Position numbers and translations under genes: made by a program | In this document: piece after piece, positions 23,861 to 32,000 of the stretch | Numbering within the stretch: the stretch's first letter is position 1 | Layout of the letters: each line of letters begins with the position of its first letter | From: Patescibacteria group bacterium | Lineage (GTDB): Bacteria > Patescibacteriota > Minisyncoccia > JAHIHE01 > JAGLIN01 | Assembly (NCBI GenBank): GCA_019428855.1 | Contig: JAHYJV010000006.1 | Coordinates: 17,934 to 49,933, forward strand | Direction: 5' to 3' | DNA: 32,000 nucleotides | Notes under the pieces: generated by a model | Told to the model about the DNA's origin: nothing | Databases searched by the model: none | Seen by the model: the letters and a program-made list of their open reading frames with translations, nothing else

Positions 23861-25072
23861 ATGAAAATAATCAATATGCAACAAAATCAAAAAGAAAGGT
23901 GGAATCAATTTGTTGCTTTGAATAGTTTAGAGAGTTTTTTGCAATGTTGGGAGTGGGGGGAGTTTCAAAAGGCAATCGGTAAAGAAATATTCAGAATTGG
24001 CATTGAAGACGAAGGTGAAATTTTGGCGGTTGCTCTTTTGGTAAAATATGATTTGCCATTTGGAAAAAGCTATTTATATTGTCCGCGCGGTCCAGTTATA
24101 AAATCGGAAAATCAAGATCAGAAATCAGAAAGGTCTGATTTGTTATTTTCTGAAATAAAAAAAATGGCCGAGAAAGAAAAAATTATTTTTTTGAAAATTG
24201 ATCCGCCCGTTGAACGAAAACAGAAATATCTCAAGAACTTTAAGAAAGCCTCTACTGAAATTCAGCCCAAAGACACCTTGATTCTTAATCTTGAAAAATC
24301 AGAAGAAGATCTTTTAAAAGAGATGAAACCAAAGACACGCTATAATATCCGACTGGCTTCCAAAAAAGGAGTTAAGATAATTTCAACTTCAAACTATGAA
24401 AAATATTTTCCAAAATTTTGGAACTTAACAGAAGAAACTTCAAAGCGTGATAAGTTTGTTTCTCATAACCAGGATTATTATTGGAAAATGCTTAAAAATT
24501 TGAGTAAGGAGATTTGTCATTCTGAATTTATTTCAGAATCTATCAAAAAAAAGGATTTAGATAGTGCTTGCTTTACAAGACAAGGGTCGGAGAAAATAGA
24601 AAAGATTGGTAATTTCAAAAAAAAGATTCTGAATCAAGTTCAAAATGACGATATGTATTTTGATAATGATTTTGGCAATAACGAAAGCAAACAAAATCTT
24701 CATGCCAAATTATATCTCGCAGAATTTGAAGCGAAAATTATTGCCGCCAATATTGTTTTGTATTTTGGAGATTTGGCAATTTATCTTCACGGAGCATCAT
24801 CAAATGAACAGCGTAATCTCATGGCTCCCTATCTCCTGCAATGGCAACAAATTCAAGATGCAAAAGTTGCGGGATATAAAAAATATGATTTTTGGGGAAT
24901 TACCATCGCAGGTGAAAAAGAAAGTTGGCAGGGGATTACGAAGTTTAAAAAAGGTTTTGGTGGCATGGAAAAAAGATATATTGGCACCTACGATTTAGCA
25001 ACTGATAAATTATTATATAATTTATATCAAACAGTGAAAAAAGTTAAAAGAAGTTGCCATGCAAAATCATAG
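23861..25072 (+). CDS. FemAB-family peptidoglycan interpeptide-bridge aminoacyltransferase (FemX/MurM-like) carrying an in-frame repeat insertion
   Basis: FLQCWEWGEFQ, YCPRGPV, KPKTRYNIRLASKKGV, YLHGASS, and YDFWGI...FKKGFGG are Fem family blocks. A non-homologous segment of about 45 aa is encoded by 24515-24650. Confidence 0.8.
   Translation: MKIINMQQNQKERWNQFVALNSLESFLQCWEWGEFQKAIGKEIFRIGIEDEGEILAVALLVKYDLPFGKSYLYCPRGPVIKSENQDQKSERSDLLFSEIKKMAEKEKIIFLKIDPPVERKQKYLKNFKKASTEIQPKDTLILNLEKSEEDLLKEMKPKTRYNIRLASKKGVKIISTSNYEKYFPKFWNLTEETSKRDKFVSHNQDYYWKMLKNLSKEICHSEFISESIKKKDLDSACFTRQGSEKIEKIGNFKKKILNQVQNDDMYFDNDFGNNESKQNLHAKLYLAEFEAKIIAANIVLYFGDLAIYLHGASSNEQRNLMAPYLLQWQQIQDAKVAGYKKYDFWGITIAGEKESWQGITKFKKGFGGMEKRYIGTYDLATDKLLYNLYQTVKKVKRSCHAKS
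24515..24650. mobile_element. MITE-like palindromic element inside the femX-like ORF
   Basis: Left end tgtcattctgaatttatttcagaatc. The right end gattctgaatcaagttcaaaatgacg is an imperfect reverse complement of the left end. The same module occurs at five intergenic sites in this window. Confidence 0.7.
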
Positions 25073-25152
25073 CTCTTTTTTCTTGGGAAATATAATTAAT
25101 ATATTATAACATTGCTTATTTTTCGAAAAACCAATTAACTTAAATTATAAAA

Positions 25153-25956
25153 ATGGAAATTACTGCTAAATTGTTTTTTGTATTTTTCCTCGCCTTGCTT
25201 CCGAGCCTTTTTTGGTTGAGAGTTTTTTTGAAAGAAGACTATCGAGAGCCCGAGCCAAAAAAGTTAATAGCAACTTTTTTTGCGTTGGGAATTGTGGCTG
25301 CACTAGCAAGTCTTGTTGTGGAGATGTTCATCTCAAATATTTTTTTGGGAGGCATCATAATTGCAATATATGAATACAACTTTGACGAAATTTGGACCGG
25401 TAGCAATATTTTGAAAGTTGTGTTTGTTAGTCTTTTTTTGCCTCCCATAGTGGAAGAATTTTTTAAGTGTAGGATGGTGAAAAAATTCGGAATGAAATCT
25501 TTGCATTTCAATCAAATCATTGACGGAATGATTTATGCGATTGCGGTCGCTTTGGGATTTGCTTTTCTGGAAAATTATATTTATTTTATGGCATATATTC
25601 AAAAAGGAGCAGACGCCTTGGCTGGCGTTTTTATTGTGAGATTTCTGGCCAGCACCCTGCTCCATGCTCTTGCCACAGGTACTTTTGGTTATTATATAGC
25701 CAAGGCTAAATTTTCACCTCCACAATTAGCGCAGAATGGTTTTTTGAGTTCTAAGCAAAAATATATTCTGAAGGGTTTTGTTTTGGCAGTTGTAATTCAC
25801 TTTGTTTTTAATTTTTTATTAATTTTTGGATTTGCACAATATAGTATACTTATTTCACTTTTTATCGGATTATCTTTTTTTGAAAAAATGCGAAGCTCTG
25901 AATCGCAATCTTTTTGGTATTCGGAGAAGAAAGGCGAAGATATAATAAATCAATAA
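25153..25956 (+). CDS. prsW: PrsW-family intramembrane metalloprotease
   Basis: Polytopic membrane protein with the EEFFK (EExxK), FAFLEN and LLHALATG motifs typical of the PrsW/CAAX-like protease fold. Confidence 0.65.
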   Translation: MEITAKLFFVFFLALLPSLFWLRVFLKEDYREPEPKKLIATFFALGIVAALASLVVEMFISNIFLGGIIIAIYEYNFDEIWTGSNILKVVFVSLFLPPIVEEFFKCRMVKKFGMKSLHFNQIIDGMIYAIAVALGFAFLENYIYFMAYIQKGADALAGVFIVRFLASTLLHALATGTFGYYIAKAKFSPPQLAQNGFLSSKQKYILKGFVLAVVIHFVFNFLLIFGFAQYSILISLFIGLSFFEKMRSSESQSFWYSEKKGEDIINQ

Positions 25957-26013
25957 TTATAAAAAAGCTGAGCTTGATTTTATAATATCAACAATAAATA
26001 TTAAAATAAAAAT

Positions 26014-28209
26014 ATGGAAAATGAAGTCTATCGCAAAGAAAACTTTACGAGAGAGAGTTCTAATTTTGATTCACAATATCATTCTCTAGATAGCCAGGAG
26101 ATAAAAAATCCTTCAGCTCAAGTGTTATTAAGCCCAAGGGAAATATTGCGAAGATCGTGGTTTTTATATAAATCAAAATTTAAAACTTTATTAGGGCTTT
26201 CAATTATTAAGCCACTGGGATCACTGATTATTGCAATAAGCACACCAATTTTATATGCTCTTTTTTTATATTTAATACCGTTTTTGAGTTTAGAAAAATC
26301 TCGAGAAGTAACTATTATAAATATATTAAATTTGATTTTCATTGTGATGATTTTACTCTCTTTTCTTGTGATGATTTGGTTTGTTATGTGGAATCAAGTT
26401 GCTGTAATTTATGCAATCAGAAATAGCGAAGAAAATATTAATATCAAAGAATCATTCAAGAGAGGTAGGCCGAAAGCAAAGCAAGCACTTGTTATTTCAC
26501 TATTGACTGGTTTTATAGTTAGTGCGGGTTTTGCACTGTTTTTTATACCAGGCTTAATTTTTTCAATTTGGTTCACTTTCGTTTTGTTTGTTGTAGTTGA
26601 AGAAGAATATAAAGGTATGGCGGTGCTGTTTTTGTGTAGAGAATATGTTCGTGGTTATTGGTGGCAAGTCTTTTGGAGAAATTTGTATATCGGAGCTATT
26701 ATAATTGGTTTAGAAATTTGTTTTATAATTTTAGAATCAACTTTTTTGTTTTTCAAATTACCAGTGCTTGGAGATGTAGTTAGTTTAGCCAATGGAATTA
26801 TCATCGTTATTATCGCTCCACTGGTAATAATTTATCAGTTTCTTTTGTATAAAAATATAAAAGCAATCAAAGGAGATTTTGTTTTCACACCTTCCCGTGG
26901 TTTAAAAATTAAGTTAATTATTGTCAGTATTCTTGGCAGTATTTTGGGAATCTTAATCGTAATTTCCATATTCATTCTAATTTCTTTTTTTGGAAATAAT
27001 TTAGATCAAGAGAGCAAAGCTTATGTGGATATGACAGTTCCAATTATTATTAGCTCATGGGATTCGCAAGAATTAATCAGTCGGGCCAGCTGGGAATTAC
27101 GGGAGAGTACCCCCAGCGAGAAGATTGAATTATCATTTATTGCATTTTCCAATAAATTTGGACAATTTAGAGAATATAAAGGCTCTACAGGAGAAATAAG
27201 CATTAGCCATGAAAATATAACTGCAACTTATGATGCCGAAGCTGTATTTGAAAATGATTTGGCTGTAATTCAAATTCAAATAATAAAAACAGATGATGAT
27301 TGGAAAATTAGAGGATTTCAGATATGGCCAATTTCAGATTTAGATGATTGGGAAAAAACAAATATCAATCTCGAGCAAAGAAATCAATATTTTGCAGATC
27401 TGAGGGAGATTGAAAATTTATGGAGTGGGGAAAAATATCAGCAATCCTTGGATAAAGCCAGTGAGGTATTGCCAAAGGCACAAACCAAGAAGGAAAAAGC
27501 GTGGGCTTACTATTGGATTGGATTAAGTCAATACAAGTTACAAAATTATGCCGTTGCTGAATCAGAATTACAGCTGGCAGTTAAATTAGACGAAAATTAT
27601 GCAGCTCCCTATGTCACTTTGGCTGCCATAGAAATGAACAGTAAAGGAAATTATTCCAAGGCATTAGAATATTCACAAGAGTGTCTAAGCTTGGATCCAG
27701 AATATGGCTGGTGTTATCATAGTTATGGATTGGCTCTCTTTTCTCTAGGACGGGAAGATGAAGGAATAAAAGCATTAGAAAAGTCCGTTTCTTTAGATTC
27801 TGATAATTATTTTTTTCGCGATAGTTTAGCCAGAGCAGAACAAATGATGAAACAAAATAAAGGAGCAGAAAATAATATTTCAATTAATCAAAATGACGAA
27901 AAACGAAAAACAGATTTAGCGACTATTTCTATTTTGTTGCAGGAATATAAAAATAAAAATGGTCAATATCCCATAAGCCCCGCAGTGACAAAGCTTAATC
28001 AAATTAATAATGAAGTTGTTAATCAAATCAAATCAATCTCTCCATCCTCAGCTATTCCGATTGATTCTCAATTAGGAAATTATTATGGCTATGTCTCCAG
28101 TGACGGGAAAAATTTTGAATTGACAGCAAAACTGGAAAATATGAATGACCCAGATTGTAGTCTGGATATAATGAACTTGTGTATATATAAGCTACAATTT
28201 GATTTATAA
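26014..28209 (+). CDS. multidomain membrane protein: polytopic N-terminal domain, NTF2-like module, TPR repeats, C-terminal pilin/GspG-like head domain
   Basis: At least 6 TM helices (about 26150-27000). A DDDWKIRGFQI beta-rich module. TPR units (AWAYYWIGLSQYKLQNYAVAESELQLAVKLDENY and others). The C terminus KRKTDLATISILLQEYKNKNGQYP...YYGYVSSDGKNFELTAKLEN resembles the soluble part of type II secretion pseudopilins. Confidence 0.6.
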   Translation: MENEVYRKENFTRESSNFDSQYHSLDSQEIKNPSAQVLLSPREILRRSWFLYKSKFKTLLGLSIIKPLGSLIIAISTPILYALFLYLIPFLSLEKSREVTIINILNLIFIVMILLSFLVMIWFVMWNQVAVIYAIRNSEENINIKESFKRGRPKAKQALVISLLTGFIVSAGFALFFIPGLIFSIWFTFVLFVVVEEEYKGMAVLFLCREYVRGYWWQVFWRNLYIGAIIIGLEICFIILESTFLFFKLPVLGDVVSLANGIIIVIIAPLVIIYQFLLYKNIKAIKGDFVFTPSRGLKIKLIIVSILGSILGILIVISIFILISFFGNNLDQESKAYVDMTVPIIISSWDSQELISRASWELRESTPSEKIELSFIAFSNKFGQFREYKGSTGEISISHENITATYDAEAVFENDLAVIQIQIIKTDDDWKIRGFQIWPISDLDDWEKTNINLEQRNQYFADLREIENLWSGEKYQQSLDKASEVLPKAQTKKEKAWAYYWIGLSQYKLQNYAVAESELQLAVKLDENYAAPYVTLAAIEMNSKGNYSKALEYSQECLSLDPEYGWCYHSYGLALFSLGREDEGIKALEKSVSLDSDNYFFRDSLARAEQMMKQNKGAENNISINQNDEKRKTDLATISILLQEYKNKNGQYPISPAVTKLNQINNEVVNQIKSISPSSAIPIDSQLGNYYGYVSSDGKNFELTAKLENMNDPDCSLDIMNLCIYKLQFDL

Positions 28210-28237
28210 AAAAGCGAAAAAGATGAATTTCAGATAA

Positions 28238-28271
28238 TAAAAAACAGGCCTATTTCAAAACCTGTTTTTTT
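28238..28271. terminator. bidirectional intrinsic terminator
   Basis: aaaaa-acagg-N12-cctgt-ttttttt, between convergent genes. Confidence 0.65.
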
Positions 28272-28288
28272 GTATTGAAAAGATTTAT

Positions 28289-28726
28289 TTAAAAAAATTT
28301 AATCAACAAAATTGTCAGAATCAATCCCAGAATACCTCCCGCCAAAATTTCTAAGGGCTTGTGTCCAACTCTTTCTCTTAAGATTGGATAATTCTCCTTC
28401 TTTATTCCGGGAATTTCTTGAATAAGTTTGTTGACGATTTTTCCATTTTCGCCAATATTCATCCTAATTCTAACAGCATCATGAATTACGATAAAAGCAA
28501 AAACTATGCTAATCGTGAAGGTTGATGAATTTATGCCATCAAAATAGGCCATGCAAGTTGCCAGAGATGTAACAAATGCAGTATGAGCAGAAGGCATATG
28601 CCCCGAAGTGATAAGATATTTCAATTCAACTTTCTTATGCCTAAAAATAGAAAATATAAATTTCAGTACTTGAGCTGATAAACCAGCCAGAATTGGAATC
28701 AGCACTATGGGATAAATCATAATCAT
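28289..28726 (-). CDS. divergent PAP2 / DUF212 (YuiD-like) membrane protein
   Basis: AQVLKF, SGHMPSAHTAFVTSLA and IVIHDAVRIR match the DUF212 blocks of the acid phosphatase/vanadium-haloperoxidase-related family. Confidence 0.7.
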   Translation of the reverse strand: MIMIYPIVLIPILAGLSAQVLKFIFSIFRHKKVELKYLITSGHMPSAHTAFVTSLATCMAYFDGINSSTFTISIVFAFIVIHDAVRIRMNIGENGKIVNKLIQEIPGIKKENYPILRERVGHKPLEILAGGILGLILTILLIKFF

Positions 28727-28801
28727 TTATTAATAATAAGTATTTTTATTATAGCATATAACAGTAAAAAGGTAAGTTCAAGGCATCTTTTTGATGTAGG
28801 C

Positions 28802-28830
28802 TTGAGAACTTTTTAATATTACTGTATAAT
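28802..28830 (+). promoter_or_regulatory. sigma70-like promoter for the HTH-TM gene
   Basis: TTGAGA, 17-nt spacer, TATAAT. Confidence 0.55.
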
Positions 28831-28863
28831 AAGTGTAGATTAAATTATTAGAAAAGAAATATT

Positions 28864-29472
28864 ATGCAAAATTCTGAAATGGATAATAATTACATATCAC
28901 TTCACGAAGCAGCAAAACTTACAAATTATTCTCAGGATTATATCAGCTTGCTTTGCCGTCAGAAAAAATTACAAGGAATTAAATTAGGAAGAAACTGGGT
29001 CACGACCAAAGAGTGGGTTGAAAAATATATCAATAAAACAAAAGGCAGTGGGGGAATTGTTATACCTGTGAAAATTAATATTGAAAAGAAAATAAAGCTA
29101 GAAAAAAAGATTGACTTGAAAGAGAACACTTGCCATCAGAAGAAAACAGAAAGAAGAGATGTTGGCTCGCAAATTGAATTAGGCAAGAATCTTGGTTCAA
29201 TCAAACCATATCAATCTCAGATGAAATTTTCTTTTACTGACAATATAATCTTTGTCAGCTTTTTAGTTGTTTTTATTATTGCTAATCTAATGATTTTTAA
29301 TTTATACTCCTCAGTTTTAAATAGGTCTCTTTTAGAATATTCACAAACTGCCCAGGGTTCCAAAAATTTACAAAATCTTTCATCTTTGATTGCAAAAGAT
29401 TTGAAATTAGAAAATATTTTCCAAGATGAAAAAGGGCGAGTTGCAGGTGCTTCAGATTCCAAGGAAGAGTAA
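28864..29472 (+). CDS. membrane-anchored protein with N-terminal excisionase/MerR-type helix-turn-helix
   Basis: YISLHEAAKLTNYSQDYISLLCRQKKLQGIKLGRNWVTTKEWVEKYI is an HTH_17-like domain. One TM helix (FVSFLVVFIIANLMIF) follows. Confidence 0.5.
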   Translation: MQNSEMDNNYISLHEAAKLTNYSQDYISLLCRQKKLQGIKLGRNWVTTKEWVEKYINKTKGSGGIVIPVKINIEKKIKLEKKIDLKENTCHQKKTERRDVGSQIELGKNLGSIKPYQSQMKFSFTDNIIFVSFLVVFIIANLMIFNLYSSVLNRSLLEYSQTAQGSKNLQNLSSLIAKDLKLENIFQDEKGRVAGASDSKEE

Positions 29473-29555
29473 AAGTAATATTTTTGATAACGTTGGTCAG
29501 ACCTTCGCAAAAGGAATAAACATAAAGTAATGGTTTTCACGATATAAATCAAACT

Positions 29556-29900
29556 ATGACATATAAATTAAAAATTAATATCATTGCAGATCAAGTAAGC
29601 TTAATGCTCTATGACAAAAGAGAGGTTGAAGTTTCAAAAATTGTTTGGATTGATCAAAGAGATTTATCTGAAAAAATTCTTGTCAAGATTGATAAAATAT
29701 TAAAAAAAAATAATATTACTTTTTCAAATTTAAGCGGAGTTGAATTTGATTGTGACTCTCCCTATTTTAATAGAAAAGAAAAAAAAATGTCGCTTGATGA
29801 AAATCTGTCTTCAAAAAATAAGTGTGGTTTTATGGCCTGGCAAATTGGAGATATTACGGCAAAAACGATGAATTTGGTGTTGACCAAAAGAAAAAAATAG
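29556..29900 (+). CDS. hypothetical protein (weak TsaB-like N-terminal layout)
   Basis: 114-aa ORF. The block order (LKINIIADQVSLMLYD...LSEKILVKIDKILKKNNITFSNLSGV...FMAWQIGDITAKTMN) loosely parallels the TsaB N-terminal domain, but the GPGSFTG motif is absent. Confidence 0.35.
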   Translation: MTYKLKINIIADQVSLMLYDKREVEVSKIVWIDQRDLSEKILVKIDKILKKNNITFSNLSGVEFDCDSPYFNRKEKKMSLDENLSSKNKCGFMAWQIGDITAKTMNLVLTKRKK

Positions 29901-30016
29901 TGTATACTGAGGGTATAACAATTTGAATCTCAATAAGAAGGGTGGCTTATCGCTGCTTTTTTATTGAGATAAATTGTTCAAAAACAAAAGGGTGACCTTA
30001 AACATAAAGGTCAATT

Positions 30017-31072
30017 ATGGAAAGAAAAAGCAAAAAAATAAGAAAGATTAAAACTGGTTTATCGTTGGCTATCTTTTTTATTCTGATTCAAATTAGTTTT
30101 GCACATTCTGTTTCTGCTGCATCAATTGAGGTTCAAGATGTGATTAATTTAACTAATAAATCAAGAATTGAGGCTGGATTGGATGCACTTGTTGTCAATG
30201 AAAAATTAATGCAAGCGGCAATCGCCAAAGCAAATGATATGTTCGCAAATCAATATTTTGATCATAATAGTCCTCAAGGATTAACTCCTTGGGATTTTAT
30301 TAAATCGGCAGGATATGAATATCAGTATGCTGGGGAGAACTTGGCTATTGATTTTATCACAGCAGGAGGTGCTCACAAGGCCTTGATGGAAAGTTCGTCA
30401 CATAGAGAAAATATCCTTAATTTAAAATATTCAGAAATTGGCATCGCCGTAGTTGAGGGACTTTTTGAGCAAGGTCGTAGCATTATTATTGTGGAAGAAT
30501 TCGGAGCACCATTTTTTAAAAAACAACCATCAAATATCAGCTTGCAGGAATTAGATATCAAGCTTGAGGAAAAGATAAAGGAGATTGATAATAACGAAAT
30601 CGCCTCAGAAAATATTCAAAAGGTAAAAAGTGAAACAATCTTAAATCAAGAAATAATAATTAAATTAGAAAAGTTGCCAAGGAACCAAAATTTTATCGGC
30701 GACAGTGCGGAGTGTCTTGATCACGAAAAACTGGAGTTCATCGAGATTAAGGCAACAGGTGTTTGTCAAATGGAGAGAAAAAATGATTTTACTGCATTTT
30801 TTTTGAGGGAGAAAAACATTGGTTTTGCTTTTCAAGTAGAGAATAAACAAAAAATAAATAACACAAAAAAAGAATATAAATTAGGCGAAAAAGAAAATCC
30901 GTTCTTACTGAAAAAGGCTTCTGCCGAAGATAATAATTTTCACAGTAAATTAGCCGTTGAAGTGGAGAGGGGATTAGACGAAAATGAATTATTAGTCAAA
31001 TTGACATTTTTTAACACCATAATCATCTTTATGCTGATGAGTGGTACAGCCCTATTTATGTCTTTTTTTTAG
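30017..31072 (+). CDS. CAP/SCP (PR-1-like, YkwD-type) domain protein with N- and C-terminal hydrophobic anchors
   Basis: Signal/TM segment, then NKSRIEAGLDAL...NEKLMQAAIAKANDM...YFDHNSPQG...YAGENLA...SSSHRENILNLKYSEIGIAV, which are CAP domain blocks. A C-terminal TM helix is present. Confidence 0.75.
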   Translation: MERKSKKIRKIKTGLSLAIFFILIQISFAHSVSAASIEVQDVINLTNKSRIEAGLDALVVNEKLMQAAIAKANDMFANQYFDHNSPQGLTPWDFIKSAGYEYQYAGENLAIDFITAGGAHKALMESSSHRENILNLKYSEIGIAVVEGLFEQGRSIIIVEEFGAPFFKKQPSNISLQELDIKLEEKIKEIDNNEIASENIQKVKSETILNQEIIIKLEKLPRNQNFIGDSAECLDHEKLEFIEIKATGVCQMERKNDFTAFFLREKNIGFAFQVENKQKINNTKKEYKLGEKENPFLLKKASAEDNNFHSKLAVEVERGLDENELLVKLTFFNTIIIFMLMSGTALFMSFF

Positions 31073-31124
31073 ATTAACTCTCAGTTTTTTTAAATAAACA
31101 CCAAGCCTTTTAATGTGGATAGTA

Positions 31125-31660
31125 CTTTGAATTACGAAATGAGCATTTCTTTTTTTGTCATCCCGAAAAAGTGGTAGCGACGGAGGGATCTAAAAGTAAA
31201 TTTAGTTTCATTTCCCCTGTTCTAAGATCTCTCACTTCGTTCGAGATGACAGGTTGGAACAACTATTGTCATCCCGAGCCACACTTGTCACCCTGAGCTT
31301 GTCGAAGGGTTGAAGTCTCACAAAACAACCTCTGACACAAAAACTCACCATACACTGTCATCCCGAAAGAGCGGTAGCGACGGAGGGATCTAAAAGTAAA
31401 TTTAGTTTCATTTCCCCTGTTCTAAGATCTCTCACTTCGTTCGAGATGACAGGTTGGAACACCTTTTGTCACCCTGAGCCACACTTGTCACCCTGAGCTT
31501 GTCGAAGGGTTGAAGTCTCAAAAAACAACCTCTGACACAAAAACTCACCATACACTGTCATCCCGAAAGAGCGGTAGCGACGGAGGGATCTAAAAGTAAA
31601 TTTAGTTTCATTTCCCCTATTCTAAGATCTCTCACTTCGTTCGAGATGACAGGTTGGAAC
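31125..31660 (+). repeat. composite repeat: MITE left end followed by 2.5 copies of a 200-bp tandem unit
   Basis: ctttgaattacgaaat at 31125-31140. Unit starts (tgtcatcccgaaa) are at 31156, 31356 and 31556. Units 1 and 2 differ at about 8 of 200 positions. Each unit is a ~105-nt imperfect hairpin plus ~95 nt carrying two tgtcaYccYgagc modules. Confidence 0.9.
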
Positions 31661-31683
31661 CATCTTGATTTTTCGAGGCTCTG

Positions 31684-31707
31684 AAGTAGTGCTACTACTT
31701 TTTTTTC
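31684..31707 (+). terminator. weak intrinsic terminator after the tandem array
   Basis: aagtag-tgcta-ctactt running into a run of about 9 T. Confidence 0.4.
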
Positions 31708-31722
31708 TTATCCCTCACTTAT

Positions 31723-31751
31723 TTGTGATAATTTAAAAAAAATGCTATAAT
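31723..31751 (+). promoter_or_regulatory. sigma70-like promoter with extended -10
   Basis: TTGTGA, 17-nt spacer ending in TGc, then TATAAT. It lies about 140 nt upstream of ATG 31892. Confidence 0.55.
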
Positions 31752-31891
31752 TTAAAAAAGAAAATAAGTTTGTTCTGACTTGCTAATCTTAGTGCAGCAA
31801 TTGTCAGGGCAAAAGACATAGTTTATCTTCTAAATCAAACAACAAAATATAAAAATCAAATTGAATTTCAATTAACTTATAAATAAAAATT

Positions 31892-32000
31892 ATGAAACTA
31901 TTAGTTCTTTACGAAAAACTACAATTAAAGAAAAACAAATTAACTAAAAAGAAAGATGAAGTGAAAAGAAAAAAGAAAATCTTTCTTTACGCTTTATCTT
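31892..32000 (+). CDS. possible start of a hypothetical protein (runs off window)
   Basis: ATG at 31892, open to the window end (MKLLVLYEKLQLKKNKLTKKKDEVKRKKKIFLYALS...). It is too short to judge. Confidence 0.2.
   Translation, partial: MKLLVLYEKLQLKKNKLTKKKDEVKRKKKIFLYALS

Noticed and set aside
23861-25072. Reading the femX-like gene as a pseudogene or as two genes split by the repeat
   Set aside because: The reading frame is continuous through the element with no stop, and conserved Fem blocks occur in the same frame on both sides. I therefore treat it as a single intact CDS with an insertion.
31250-31270. gttggaac at the end of each hairpin unit as an integron attC R' core (GTTRRRY)
   Set aside because: The seventh position is A rather than a pyrimidine. 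No intI gene or cassette ORFs are present, and the units are identical rather than cassette-specific.
31156-31660. Regularly spaced repeats that might be taken for a CRISPR array
   Set aside because: The period is 200 bp. The segments between the hairpin units are themselves nearly identical from unit to unit, so they are not unique spacers. The repeats are far longer than CRISPR repeats, and no cas genes are present in the window.
1-32000. Alternative genetic code (UGA recoding, as in some candidate phyla)
   Set aside because: All recognisable genes give full-length products with intact C-terminal motifs under the standard bacterial code. Nothing requires stop-codon reassignment.

Overview
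AT-rich bacterial chromosomal segment, tightly packed with housekeeping genes: ruvB, ruvA, polA, holA, rpsT, tsaE, tsaD and tRNA-Glu. These are interleaved with cell-envelope genes: an alpha-2-macroglobulin 3' fragment convergent with a PBP1C-type penicillin-binding protein, a FemAB-family transferase, an HtrA protease, PrsW, a PilB/GspE-type ATPase, and CAP-domain, DUF3048 and DUF212 proteins. One gene looks accessory, a Fic protein. The gene set and the many small divergent proteins fit a reduced-genome (CPR/Patescibacteria-like) bacterium, but that is inference only. I found no CRISPR array, transposase, integrase, prophage or recognisable defence operon, and no convincing multi-gene novel system. 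The unusual signal is mostly non-coding. (1) Several families of palindromic, MITE/REP-like repeats that are GC-richer than their surroundings are scattered through the intergenic DNA. (2) One such element sits in frame inside the femX-like gene. (3) A 200-bp-period tandem array of these modules lies downstream of the CAP-domain gene. (4) Two promoter-to-terminator units look like unannotated small RNAs. (5) Several proteins have degenerate catalytic motifs or odd domain fusions: a DHH-like protein without DHH, PolA without the Exo I carboxylates, and a membrane/TPR protein ending in a pilin-like head domain. All protein family calls rest on motif recognition by eye, not on searches.
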